DNA of 64,000 nt. Origin: Balanoglossus misakiensis (lineage: Eukaryota; Animalia; Hemichordata). The stretch covers positions 5,647,244-5,711,243 of the forward strand of contig CM082597.2 in assembly GCA_040954595.2 (NCBI GenBank), written 5' to 3'. The notes below the pieces were generated by a model that saw nothing but the letters and a program-made list of their open reading frames with translations, searched no databases and had not been told where the DNA came from. The translations under genes were made by a program, and so were the position numbers. Positions 36,525 to 50,196 of the stretch are shown piece by piece (the first letter of the stretch is position 1; each line of letters begins with the position of its first letter).

Positions 36525-37585
36525 ATTCGGTCCGCCTAGGCGTATTTTGAAACGGAGAGGCCAAATCCCCGAGCGTGTGTATCCTCTAATTTGAATCGCG
36601 GCTAAATAACAGCGATTGTAGTGCTATCGATCTGACAGCAGTATTATGTGGACACGCGCTGTCGCACATTGTGTACAGATGAAAGGTCAAGTTATTAAAA
36701 TTTACATATTCAATATAACCACTGCAACACATGTTGGGAACACAAAAATCGCGCCAGGGGATTAAGATATTAAATGTCAGCGCCATTGAAACGCTTCTGG
36801 TTTAAATGTCTAAATATGTCAATGTTTTGTGTTTTTCAGTTACACACGTGCAACCGTGGCAGCTTTACATGATTTACCAGCTCTGGTGGCGTCACAGTAC
36901 CTACACCTACTACCTCAATGATGATCATGTCATCATTCTCCACTACCTCAGATGTATTTTTTGTATGAAAAGCATGTAAAATTTGCGATATTCTCAGAGT
37001 GGTGTTTTATAGTTAGTATATGCCTTTCTGATAAACTGACCAGAATAATTTGCACTGTCTTGAAAGGGAAATCTCGAAATTCGAAATGTCTTATGAACAA
37101 TGGGAATCTATAACCAGTCATATTCCAAAACACTAGGCCAAAGTAAATAAATCAACTGTCAATGTGTGCTTCGGTTTCGGGGGGGGGGGGGGGTTTAAAG
37201 AAACACAGTGTATCTGAATAGGTCGATCACCTCGCCTAGATTATTGTAATTAATATCTCCTGTTTCAATTTTCAAAGTGAAAAAGATGGTTACTATTTTT
37301 CCAAGGTTCCAAAGTATAAAATTTGAATACATTTATGTCTGTTTTTAATCGCTAAACCTATACAGATGTTTAATAAACTTACAAAATATATTTTAATCTT
37401 AAAATGCATTTTAAATTGAAATTATTCCATTGGAACATGTGTAATACAAGAACCTAATACAAGACATCGATTTGTGTTGCTACTATTTTAATTCAAAAAA
37501 TATAAAAATATAAAAAAATACACCATAATGAAATTGCATAAAAAATCAGTAAATGATAAATCAATACAAATATAAAACCACGAAG

Positions 37586-39909
37586 CTACCAGATGACTTG
37601 CAGAACCTTTGGCATGTTAGGTACACGTGGTAATGGCAAGTTGGGGCGATTGAGCGGATACCGAATGTTGTATACAAGACGGGTCCAGCTTGACTCTCTC
37701 CAACCAATAAACAGCTTTGCTCCTGAAAAGGGTATCAGAATGTCAAGTTGTCAAGTTGATAATATTGTGTATGTATGTCTGTGGCATTCACCCTCACTCA
37801 TCACGTGACATATGGATACTGCCTTACATGTAATGCTATATATTGTTCCCTAGCAACATGATACCAGTCCTCCATAACTAACGAGAAGTTTGGATGTGCT
37901 TACATGTTGCATAGCCATGTACAATTGATTTCTGTTTGAAGTAATTAAAAAATTGTATGAATATGTCAACAGATTCGAGTGCATGTTAAGACATTGCTTA
38001 AGCGGTTGAGTATTAACTTCCTCAATTCAGTTTTTTCAAGACGCAAAACAAACTTCCATGCACTACTACACATTTTTATGACAAAAGAATAAAATTCATA
38101 GAACAAACTTTCCTTCAATACAGCTCTTAGGCTTAAAAATTGCGAAAAACCACAGGAACTACCTTAAAGCAACAGCTTTTGTGTAGTTCGTCTTTTTCCA
38201 TACCTTATGCAACTTAAAGGTAACCCTTTTCTTGCGATTGTGTGTCATACGGATATATTTGACCACCAACCAATATGGTTGCCATACAGATACTTACTGA
38301 CGGCTATCTCTTGTTCAACAATTGACAGCACATAATTGTCGTGACTGTATCGTGATATTTCTGGCGACATAATATCCCGTAAAGAAACTACACGAAGAGA
38401 TTTCTCTTTTAGTTTGTTGATAAATTCCTGTCAAGAAAGAAGAAACGACATTTCAAATATACTACTCTCACAGGATTTTGTCTTCATAAAATAAGTCGCT
38501 GCCAAATAAAATTTGATGGTGTGTATAACTATAGACATGCCAATTCCTTGGTATCACTTTAGGGCATACATTGATTGGCCATTACCTTTGTGATATTGAC
38601 AAACACACTTTTGGTGGTAACATAGCTGGATAATCTTACCTGTTCATAGGGTGGGTAGGCGATATAAACACATTCATATTTCTGGGAATGCATGTAGTCA
38701 ACCAAACTATCCACCATTAAAGATACCAATTCTGACATGATTTTCAGGTTCATCGAACTTTCTAATTTGCATACCCTCTTCTGCCAAGGAGTGTCATGCA
38801 AGCACCTGTCATCAATATGAATAATGTAATTATATGTAATTATATAAATGATGTCATAATGTGGGATGGAAATTATGTGCGATCAAACGTTGATTCACTA
38901 TATATCCACATGTAGAATAACATAAACAGTGTCTTGACTCAAACATAATAAATGGAAAAAGGACTGCGAGGAAGAGACTTTATCCCTGTTAAACCTACCC
39001 TTCACCGGTCCTGTTTCGCCAATGTATCACAGGGAAATCTTTCCCATCACAGATATTTTCATACACGCCGTCAACCATGCGACGAATGTAAGGTGCCCAG
39101 GCTAGATGTTTATTGACCTGGCTGTACAACTGATCGTCTTTCCACGTTTTCAGCCATCTGATATCCTCATCGAAATAAAACGCCAGACACCGCGTATTCC
39201 AGGTGTCGTCCAGGAATTGTTTGTTTGCATCCTGGGAAGAGTCTTTATGGACACGTGACGTAAACGGGTGCTCCTTCCCGATTTGACCCACGACGCGTTG
39301 GAGTTTGAGAAACCGGTTGATGTCGGTGATGTTCTTGTTCTGAATCAAGTGAAACGGTTCCCATTTGATTGCAGGCGTTATTTCATCTTTGCAGTCCTCA
39401 TAGAATTCCTCGATCGAGACGACCGGCACGATGTCTGCGATTTTGCCCACGTCGAATGTGTCGTAAATCGTTTTCATGGAATGCACAACGTCTCTCTGCA
39501 AGCGGTCGTGCACCCTGAACGGAGTCGCCACGATGGACCGGTTCTGCAGCAACGCTAAGCGCAGCTCCATGCGGAACGTGGAGTACGCCCAGTTGGGTCC
39601 TCCGTCGAAGTAAGTGTGCAGGGGCGCGAGATAGCGCCGCCTATCGTCAGGTTTTCCTTCTTTCTTGGTGTCTGGCTCAACGTTGGCCTGTTGCTCAATA
39701 ACGGGCTCAGCAACCTCTCGCCTCGATCTGCTATTTAAATTATTTCCACCCCGGACGTCATCACACATATATTGTTTTAAACTCTCCTGCAAGACACTGC
39801 CCGTCATCACAGAATTGATGGAGAAATAAATGATGAAAAACACCATGAGTAGAACAAAGTAGGATCTCCTGATCTTGGCGCGTCTTCTTGGTCCCGGCAT
39901 GCTTGTCAT
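37586..39909 (-). CDS. O-fucosyltransferase-like type II membrane protein, paralog 2, ~447 aa
   Basis: Exons 39909-38999 (TM; DGGPNWAYSTF; IHWRNRTGE), 38805-38640 (CVYIAYPP), 38427-38298 (DNYVLSIVEQEIA), 37722-37586 (AKLFIGWRESSWT..IR). The last three introns match paralog 1 in position and phase; 1344 nt. Confidence 0.87.
38863..38992. mobile_element. Diverged half copy of TTAA MITE family 2 filling most of a 193-bp intron
   Basis: ttgattcactatatccacatgtagaataacataaacagtgtcttg...gagactttatccctgttaa matches the family 2 right arm. Confidence 0.78.
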
Positions 39910-42900
39910 CAGTCGATTGTAGGTTTGTTGTGCAAAAAACTAAATGTTCCTTGGAGATTGACTGTGGTTTCTTATGGTAAGAACAGACACAAAGAACTAC
40001 AATGTTAGGATGACATGAGTATAGCCATTTGGAACATAAATGTAATATTAATTTTTGCTTATTTATCGTAGTCTTGCATGCAAAATCGAAGCTAAATGAG
40101 TTTTTACCGAAAAAGTTATTTGCAGATATTAGCAAATTTTATCTCAACAATTATGTCTGACCTCCATCTAGTAAAGCATGTCAGCTGGAAAGGTCAGGCG
40201 GTTCACCAAAAGAGGGCGCATTATATCATGCATATAATTATACTGTGCCATTGTTTACAATGTGTACGAGCAGAGAAGCCTCAGTGTTCCGGTTAAAATC
40301 ATACCAGTAAGACAAAGACAGAAGAGTTGACAGACAACAAAGCGTTGTACTTTATAATTTACGGTCAGCATTCGTTTCTGCTAGTCAACCATCAGAGTGA
40401 CAAATTAAATCCATGTTACCATACATGGCAATTTTAGCAACTATCAACATGTTAGGTGTAACGTTTACACGTGTCATGGCGTAAATTTGTTCTCTTACCT
40501 GAGAGCTCAGTGCAGTAAGGCCATTTTCTGCATTGATTGATTTCCCGTCGACGTGGCACATACTGCTTGCACTATACACATGGTACACTCTGCGTGCCAA
40601 AATCCCACCAGAGTGACTCGTTCACATTTGAACGATGATACAAATGCCAGTACACCCGTCTGGGCATACATGCAAAGCCTACACGTACCAACTCGCTGTA
40701 TATGTGTGTCACATATCGCCAAAACCACTCTCTCCCATACAAAACATACGTAAAAGATGTTACGTAATGCTTGGTTAGACTACAAAGCAGGCAGTGAGAA
40801 GTATTGTCGTGCCCTTTGTTAGGAGAGGTCATTCAGGACTTGTGATGCGTGTTACGTCATCATCCAAATGCAATGCATGTACATAATTTCTCTATCAAGT
40901 GATATAGCTTTTGAAGGAACACAGTACATATGATTTCTTGTTAAATTGTATGCTTTTAGCTTAAACCTTCACTATGATACAAAAGTACCCTTGTTGAATT
41001 AAATCTCTACTCTCAAGACGCACATTTCCACCTTCTTTCTTTTTTAGTGATTCACCCCTTTTCTGCATTCAGTCATGCGGTCTCCAGTCCTATATACATC
41101 GGCACTAGCGTGTCAACACCAATCAGCGTTGCCCAGTTTCATATAATCAGCTGTTGCTGTATGTCAGTAACAATTTTCATGAAGCGTGAGTTTTACATTA
41201 AAACTGGAATATTCTTTTCGCCTGACAGTTTTTTTTCCATTGACTAAGGCCTGAGGGTGATGTAAGTTGACGACCAATACGGAGCGCCCTCCGGTGGTGG
41301 TCAGATAACTCCACGCAGAATGCATGGAAGTGGAAGATTACTTCTTATCTTTGTCGTGCGCGTGGCATTCTATTACTCCACGCCTAGATTGTTGCCACAG
41401 CTACTACTTGAGTTTCTCAATCACTTTCACTTGAAAGAAGATTCGGAGCGATAGTGAGGTCAAGGGTCAATCCTCGCTTCATGTCTTCGTCTGCTTCGAG
41501 GGAAAGTTACGGAATGTCAATCTACAGTGCAAAAACCACAGGTTCCTGATATTGTTGTTCCCTCCTATCATTTCCTTGAACTTTTATAACATTGTTTTTT
41601 TTTAAATGTCTGCTTTGAATATTTATAAGCTTGACACTGATTGGATCACGCAGCCATGATATTATGATATAACACATTTGGATATCATAATTGAAAGTAA
41701 TTGAAATATTAAAAAAAATCTCCAGTATCTTTCATGAATTGATTTTTTTTAATCATCAATACTTCACATACATTTTGAAACAAATTGACAAACTGACACC
41801 TCAGTTAATGATTGCTTCCCTCCAGAAATATTAAAAGTGGGTTAATCCAGTTCTCTATATATCACTCAATCCAACCTATACATGTGTATTACCAAACTTA
41901 AGTCGAATACCAAAAATTTTACCTATTTGTACTATTTATAAAAGTGTGAATCCCATTTTGATTGCGTTAATAAACAGATGAGTGATGATGTGTTGTACTG
42001 TGAAATAATACGTTTACTGAAACACACTCTTGCAAAGCTGTTTAATTAATGAAAGTACCAGTCAACGAAATATATTATCCTTTTTACAGCTGAATTTACT
42101 CTTCTCTGTCACGTGATTAACTTAAAATGCTGAAGGTTATTCTGTATTTGACTCACTGTTACCTTATTGTTGGGCAAACATTATTTTGTCATTAAATGCA
42201 GGTGTCCTCGTCGCATATTAAAATGGACGGTCAACTAGCCTTGAAATCTCGCGAAGTTGCACGTCAGCCATGAGACGAGAGTTTGTCGAGGTTTGTTGAA
42301 TAGTGTATGCTGTGCACTCTGCGCCCCGGGACAACACTAACTGCAAATGTCAACGTTGATAGTCGTGACTTGGGCTAATTCCTAGTAATTGCATGATGCG
42401 ATGAGGAGGAAAATTCGGGTTTGAATTGACATGGCTTGGAACAGTGAGAACAAGGATAGGTAGGTAACTGTTCCATGACATAAAATGTTGTGTGTTTGTG
42501 TGTATTGCCCACTTAACCGTATCCAAGCCTGTGTGTCTAGCTCTTCGTTCACTCCATTGAGGAGCAACGGCCGCCAGTGCCATTTATATGTCATAAACCA
42601 CTTGAACTGTCAAACTGTCGATGGTACAACATTATACCAAGTTCACATTTTTCCTATTTCTTCCTTAATTTTAGACCAAATGGACCATTTTTTCATTGAC
42701 TTGATCCAAATTTGAGCAAAGATGACGACAAGTTCACTATGGCGTTTAAGGGGTTAATTGAATTGGCTAATTAGTGGTAATTAATTTTTACATGCAAGGC
42801 CATACTTCACAGGGATCTCCCTGATCGTTTAGTTGAACTTTAACATTTATCTGAGGAAAATTTACGCCTTTGTCTTAAATATCGACATTGCAAAATTAGC

Positions 42901-43149
42901 ACACCTTTATAGAAAATTGATATCAGGTAAAACGTTATATGATATATAGCGACCTGACGACATGAAGCAGTGAAATTACAAATTAAAATGATTCACGCTC
43001 CTTACCAGATGCCATGAACAGTACAATTCTTCATACTTATAACGACTGCCGGTTACCATCGTTTCCGGAAAAAAAACGTTACGTTTCTGTTATTCAAATA
43101 TACGTATTTAGAACTACAAATAGTTGTTATATAGGCGAGGTCATATTAA

Positions 43150-43458
43150 AGGGACAAAGTCTCTCTCTCGCTGCCCTTCTCTCTTATGTTTGACACAATA
43201 CATTGTTTATGTGCATGTGGATATACCGGTATAGTGAATCATCGTTCAACCAGACACAACTTCTGACACTGGGAGTAAAAAACTTGCCGTTTATTCATTT
43301 TGGCGAATCTTTTACTCTCATATATATATAGCTCTGCTACAAGCCAAATGGAAGTTGTGTGTGGTTGAACGTTGATTCCCATATACGTTCACATAAATAG
43401 TTCCTTGTATCAAACATGATTAATGGGAAAAGAGCAGCGAGAGAGAGACTTTGTCCCT
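43150..43458. mobile_element. TTAA MITE family 2
   Basis: TTAA|AGGGACAAAGTCTCTCTCTCGCTGCCC...GCAGCGAGAGAGAGACTTTGTCCCT|TTAA. Confidence 0.9.
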
Positions 43459-45575
43459 TTAATTTTGTTGCAAATATTGCCTATGGATTAGAACCGAATG
43501 GCATCATGTCAACATGGGGATACGAAGTCCTGATCAGTCGTGGCGTGTCATACAATTGTGAAGAAAGCATCTGTCAGACATCTGATGAAATGAGAAATAA
43601 GGTTTTAACGTGTCCTTGGAAACGAATTGTGCTTTTCAATATAATATTTATAAGAAGAAAAAAACGGCAGCGATAACTGTCGATTGATTCAACGCCGAAA
43701 ATAAAAAGTAAGCACAGACGGAAACTTAGAAATTGCCATAAATTGAAAATTTCACTTCCTTTGCTGCATGAAATTATTCTGGTTTTTATTTTTCACTTTT
43801 CTCACTGTCAGTTTCCTGTCAGTCGCTCTTTTTACCATGACACAATAGGAATTAAAACTAATGATGCGCATGCGGACTGTATAGACAGGAACTTGCATGC
43901 TTCAATATAGGAGCGAGATAAAGCTGGAGAAAAAATGATTAGTAGAGTATTCAATTTGTTTGCTGAAGTCCCCGGCAGACCATTTTCTGACATTTACAAT
44001 TCAGATGTGTTGTTGAGAATGCCATGTTCGAGCTTATGTTTAACTGAACTAACTCTGACCAACTTCACAACCACGTCACTGATTTATAGTAACCGGCCTA
44101 TGGTTACTCATCATTTTAGATATCCAGTATGGATACCAAACGTGATTAGCTAATACCGGTACATCATTTCAATCCAAGTGATTTAATTATATCTCAGAGT
44201 TCAATATCATTGCTGGTTCAAGAATAAAATATAGGTTCTTACTGACCTACCTATACCCACTGTATTAGAGAATATCATGTTAAAGAAACGCAATATGTTC
44301 TATTATTATTTTAGACTAAATGATTATCAGACTCACCGAAGACATTGTTTATGTAAGCTTAAGTCTTTTTTTCCTTGTTTCTGGATAATCATAGTTCTCC
44401 TTTTCCATCAGCGCGCGACCCAGCTTGGTTTCAGATTATGAGAATGGGCGAGACCTGATCCTTGTTTAGAAACCGTGACGGTGATTGCTAAGATATACTT
44501 TGCTCTTGCTTGACAACACTTTGCAGCTAACTGCAATATCCGTTACAGATATCAAAACTACTTCTGTCGAATGAAATCATATTAATGGCAGAATTAACAC
44601 TATGTAAAGGCTTTATTTTCAGTAGGTTTAGTTAGTTTGCAAACGAGCAAAATGTGGAGTGAAAATAAATAAATCCTGTGTAGGCTGGCACTCTCAGTTT
44701 TTACACATGCACTTCAGTATTGGGGAAGTAAGCACTCGGCCATTGTTAAGTCTGAGATTTGATTTCCTCTTTCTCCTTGCAATGGTAAACACAGGCCACT
44801 GGCAGTGACGCGGTCTGCTTTGATGCAGTATTCAATAAAATATTATATGCAAAGAAGGGTTCAGAGTAATCATTCGGACGCTTTGAGAGCAAATAAAGCG
44901 TAAGTTGATAAGAAGAAATTGTGGGATTGAAAGACTGGCTCCAGTTGTTATCAGTATCAATTAAATAAAGCCAGTCCTCGAATTTCCCCCAAGGTATTTT
45001 CAATTTAGAATATATAGTGCAGATAGTGAAGCGCAAACTATTAACCTTCGGGAGGCGGTTGTTCCATATGTTTGCTGTAGTACCGAACTAAATCTCTAAA
45101 CTCTTAATCTGAATTATTAATAGAATAAACAGGATTTGACGCCATTTTGAACAATAATAGTGTTAGTAAAAGGCTTGCAGCAGCAAACGAACGTTAAAAT
45201 CTGCCAGAGAGTGCACAAATGCACCATATATTTGACTTAAATATTGGGTGTATTGTTTCACAAAGTGCGAAGCAGATTAAAGCGGCTGGACATTATTGTT
45301 TCTACTTGACTAAATCCACCGTGAGAAAGCAACTCCATGTTTGCATGTGTGAGTTTGGGATCAAGGGTTATTTCCAGGTTAATGCCCCGACTTTTATTCA
45401 CTGTTGGTGATTTTATAGCCTCCTTGTGACTAGCTTGACTACTCTTAAATTGGATGTGCGCATCCAAGTTAATAGGAGCAAATTGGTGGACATGATTTTA
45501 GTTTAGTGCTTCCAAGACCAAGATGGCGCGTGTGCATATATATATGAATCATCTCTCGCATATATGTAAGGGTTC

Positions 45576-45608
45576 ATCATCATCATCAACATCATCATCA
45601 TCAACACC

Positions 45609-45641
<33 letters not shown>
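45576..45641. repeat. (CAT)n/(CAC)n microsatellite
   Basis: Directly visible. Confidence 0.9.
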
Positions 45642-45643
<2 letters not shown>

Positions 45644-48600
45644 TGTGGACATTCATGCCAACTCGGTAACTTCAAAGCTGTTGAAGCTTGCCAGGTGTCC
45701 TAAAACCAAAATGGCTTAACGAACCACTTTAATGTTAGATGAATGATTAGGACATCTGCGACCAACGTTGTTGTTCTGTCTTGCGAATAATATCTCATTT
45801 CAAGTACCCCTAATATTCATGGCGAAATGGATACTCACACTCAAAGAAAAGAAATCATCATGTAACTGTTGACAACACACTAAAGCCAAGATCAGGAGCA
45901 TGCCAATTATCTATATCATTATATGAGGCTCTAATATTGTCAACAGGATAAGCTTGGTGACAATATTAGAGGATAAAACCTCCCATAGATGGGCATTATG
46001 GACAGAACTACTCCCATTAATACCTTCTCACAGCTAGTCAGTGTAAACCTTGTTATCACTTAAGAAATCGTCACATACTTTGGATAGGAAACAATTAAGG
46101 GTCCTAAATTTAAGAAACTGTTACCACCTTTTAGAACGTGGTTCAAACGAACAATCGCAGTAATTGCTACGCCTGTGCATCGCTATGGTAACCAGTGAAC
46201 ATTGACAATTTCATATCTTAACACTTCATTTCGTAAAACGATCTAATTTGCAAGTATCCATGGTCTATTCTTACAGTGTCTGCTTGATATGGGATTACTA
46301 CCAATTATGTTTCCGTGGAGACGATTTTCACCTCTATAGTATAATCAGTATAATCCGTGCTATACTGATATATAATACTCTTCATGCTTAGTCGCATTGA
46401 ATTCTACAAATCAGCAAATTTGTTTGTAATATTCTTCAAAGTAGGCCAATGTTACTTCTTCTATTACACACATTTCGAAAATGATTGAACGTGTTTTTCT
46501 CATGAGTAATAATAGACAAACAAAGCATATATTCTGTCTAATGTACACAAGTAATTTATATGGCTGTTTTTTCAAGAAGTACGCCAACCTAGTTTTCATT
46601 TACGAGTGCACTCCAGCAAGGAGATACATGTATACTACTTCATCATGAGAAGATATATGGGTCACTTCTCGCTGCAAGGCTCGATCACAGTTCTTTGCTT
46701 CTGCGTCACTGAGAACGCACATGCGTTTCCCGCGATCCCCTAAAGTGGAAAGAAACATTTCATGTACCAATTTCCTTGACCGGTAAGGTCTGTTGTGAAG
46801 ACGCGGAAAAACAATTACAAACATGCATGATTTAAACGTTGGGGTGGCAGTGAATTACGGTATATGTCATATGAAACGCTCAGCTATAGTATCGTTTGTT
46901 TTACTCAAGTCTCAACGGCCTGTCCTCTTTTACAAATATCTGTTAATTATTTGAAAACGGAATTAGAAAATTACATTAATATTTCTTTGTGCGGTGGAAT
47001 TGTGACTTGTTGGATTTCTCCTGCTGGTAGATAATACAGGTATACGTCGCGAAGAGCTGACAAACTGATGCAAATGCAAGTAATGTGGCTTAATGATTAG
47101 GTTTGTAAAGGATATGGAATATATTTGAAGTATTTTATTGTGGAAAAAATATGAGAAATTAGGCAGATCTTGAGGCTTTGAGTACAGTCAAGGCATAATG
47201 AATATGAGTAATGAATCATGGGAAATGTTCTCGTGTTACTGCATTTGACCTGGATGACCCTGAATGATACTAGACACGGATGAATCAATTTAAAACATTA
47301 AAGATGGATGGGGAGTGACTGCTACGTGGAAAGTAATTATGGGAAGTGTTACCTTCAGGTATTCGCTCAATGCATGTGATCAGCTATGTTTCCCCACTTC
47401 ACTTATTTTAAAGTCGAAAGTTAATGGCCTGTAACAGTAAACTTGCTCATTTACTTTTTGCTCCAGTTGCACTGAAATTGCATCAAGTATTTTTCTGGCT
47501 CCGGTATTCTTGCACTATAACATGCCATGGTTCGCAGAGACTTCTCAACGGTCCCAGTAGGATCAGATATTACTCTGGTGGTAGCAATTTGTGATCACGA
47601 GGCCAGTGCTTTTGTTGTGGAATGGATTTCGACACCGGCCGACGGAGAATTTGAGTTTACTCTATGGTTGGTATTTCACCAATGGACTATATATGAAGCT
47701 CACATACACTGAGATGAAGTCTCGTAGGGAATATCAGAGTAATGTTATTGAGCAGCGAGGCAACAAGAAACGACATTGCGCGGGAAAATGTGGTCATATA
47801 AAAGACATGTAATACCATGTGCAGACGATGCAGGTTATACAATTGAATTTACGAGTTCGGTAGTTTCCTTCAGTGATTATTGCATGTTTTTAGTTGTATT
47901 AATGTGCTCTTTTTCATGTCCGCCATTTTCTCTGAGTGCTCGCGCGAGCAAATGATAAAAAGAACCTTCGAGTCCAGCTTTCTCAGCCAATGACTCTCGC
48001 CAGCATAGAGTAGTTTCCAGGGCCACGCTCTCTGAATAGAGCGCCTGTCACGTGACTTCAGCCAGTTGAGAGCTGTATCAGTTGAAAGATCGGATTTAAT
48101 TGCTGGCAGGTTTAAAGTGGGCATCGGTTGTGTCAATGACTTCAACAGATGTTACCTTAGCAACGGATCGATGGACATTGATTTCGCCATGCATATAAGA
48201 TATGGCCTTTAGGAGGAAACTGCCATGCCCACTTTCAATTCTCCGCAAACAGGTAAAACAAAACCCGATATTTCTTGCTACTGTGTAGAATCGATATCTT
48301 CCCCAGTTTAACCACGCACACTCGAGTTTTGATGTCACGCGAAGGGCTTCATCTCTCTATATCTGATAATCAGTTTCTGTCGTGTCAAGTAGTTTTTTCA
48401 AGCTGGGTTTGACGCCACCAAACCGGATTTCTTTGAAGCTAAAATACATGTCAATTTTGGACCTACATCTTTAACGTGTAACCTGTCTACCGCTTTGCTA
48501 TTGTGATATAGTTAGTCGGCTGAAAGAGAGAATTTATGCGGTTTCCATCTGATTGTCCCTTTAACGAATGGTTGAACCTTCGTGTTCGCCTTAAATGAAA

Positions 48601-49924
48601 TTTGATTAGTAAAAGTCCATCTTAATCTTACTTATTTGCTATTTGCAATTCAGCCAAATCAATTGAGTAAGTTGACAACAATTACACACACTATAAGTTA
48701 ATTGGATAGTAGACATGTTCGCTGTTAGCAAACCACTTTCCGTGTGTTGTTTATCTACCGAACCACAAACCTCAAAGTGTTCTGATCATTTACTTTATTC
48801 CTCAACAATTCTGTGGAGTCAGACTGCCTATAAAACCCTGCGCAGAGTTAAGTGGGCAGATTGGCTTCTCCCTACGTGCTTTTTCATGGTCGAGATCAGA
48901 CTTTAGTAGTGGACGGATGGAGCCTAAGCCGGCATGCTGGCGTCGCGTGAAATTTTCTGGAGCGACAGAAGATTGCTGTGGCACGTGCGTACAGTTAAAT
49001 ATGAGTAATGCAAATGCGAAAAAAATCATAAATAATAACGATTTTTTCTGAAGTAGGGGAAAATGGGGTGGAATTCTGAGAGAGAGAGAGAGAGACAGAC
49101 TGACTGACTGACGAGAAGAGATAAAACGAACATGAGGTAGAGAGAGAGTTTATATCGACAATCGAGTTATCGGTATATCATTTTCAACAATCGATGAGTT
49201 GCGTTAGTGTGATATGTAAAAGTGTGTAAAACTATGTAGAAGTGACTAAAATATCAAAACCACAAGTTTTTGAGTGCAACATATTGACATTTTACTCCAC
49301 GAAAACTACTGAAGGCAAACCCAATCGTACGACTGACATGATTGACGTTGTGAGTTGCTGTCTTGATAGGCTGTAATTGTTATATGATTACTTTACATGT
49401 CAACTTCACTGTGACAATTTGGACAATGATTTGGCATGGATAGTTAATAAGATAGTATAGTAAACTAGTGTAAAAGTGCATAGGAAGGTTAGTTTAAGTC
49501 TATCCCGTGACGTCATAATCATGACAAGTCAATTTAGAACTGACATATCCGAAATCTGATGTTTGACACTCAAAGAAGCTTTTGCGTTACTCCAATTCAA
49601 TCGCGTCTATCCAAATCTAGGAGAATTAACTCTACTTATAACTGATATTAACTCGTTTCTATTGCGTTAATGACGTCCGGATCAATCTGGAGTTTGATAC
49701 AGGAGAAGAATAGACACGAGCGATACCATGGCAACTGTCATGAGACTTATATTCTAGGTTAATATCGACACATTTCCAAATGAACATTCTAAAGCATTCT
49801 CTGGGAAGATGTAATAGGTTAGAAGTTAGCACGTGACGATAGAAATGTAATGTCTTTTGTCAAATGCAAATTTTGCCCTAACGATCAAATTTCATGAGTG
49901 ACAATTACCTCTGAGTATTATTAA

Positions 49925-50196
49925 AGGGACAAAGTCTCTCTCTCTCGTAGGCCTTTTAGCATTAATTATGTTTGATACAAGACACCGTTCATGTTATTCT
50001 ACATGTGGATATATAGAGAATCAACATTCAACGACACACAACTTTTTCACTCTAGTCTTGTGTCTACAAGTTGGTTGGAAGTTGTGTGTGGTCGAATGTT
50101 CATTCACTATATATCCACATGTAGAATAACATAAACAGTGTCTTGTATCAAATATAATTAATGGAAAAAGGGCAGCGAGAGAGAGACTTTGTCCCT
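49925..50196. mobile_element. TTAA MITE family 2
   Basis: TTAA|AGGGACAAAGTCTC...GAGACTTTGTCCCT|TTAA with ~120-bp TIRs. Confidence 0.92.
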
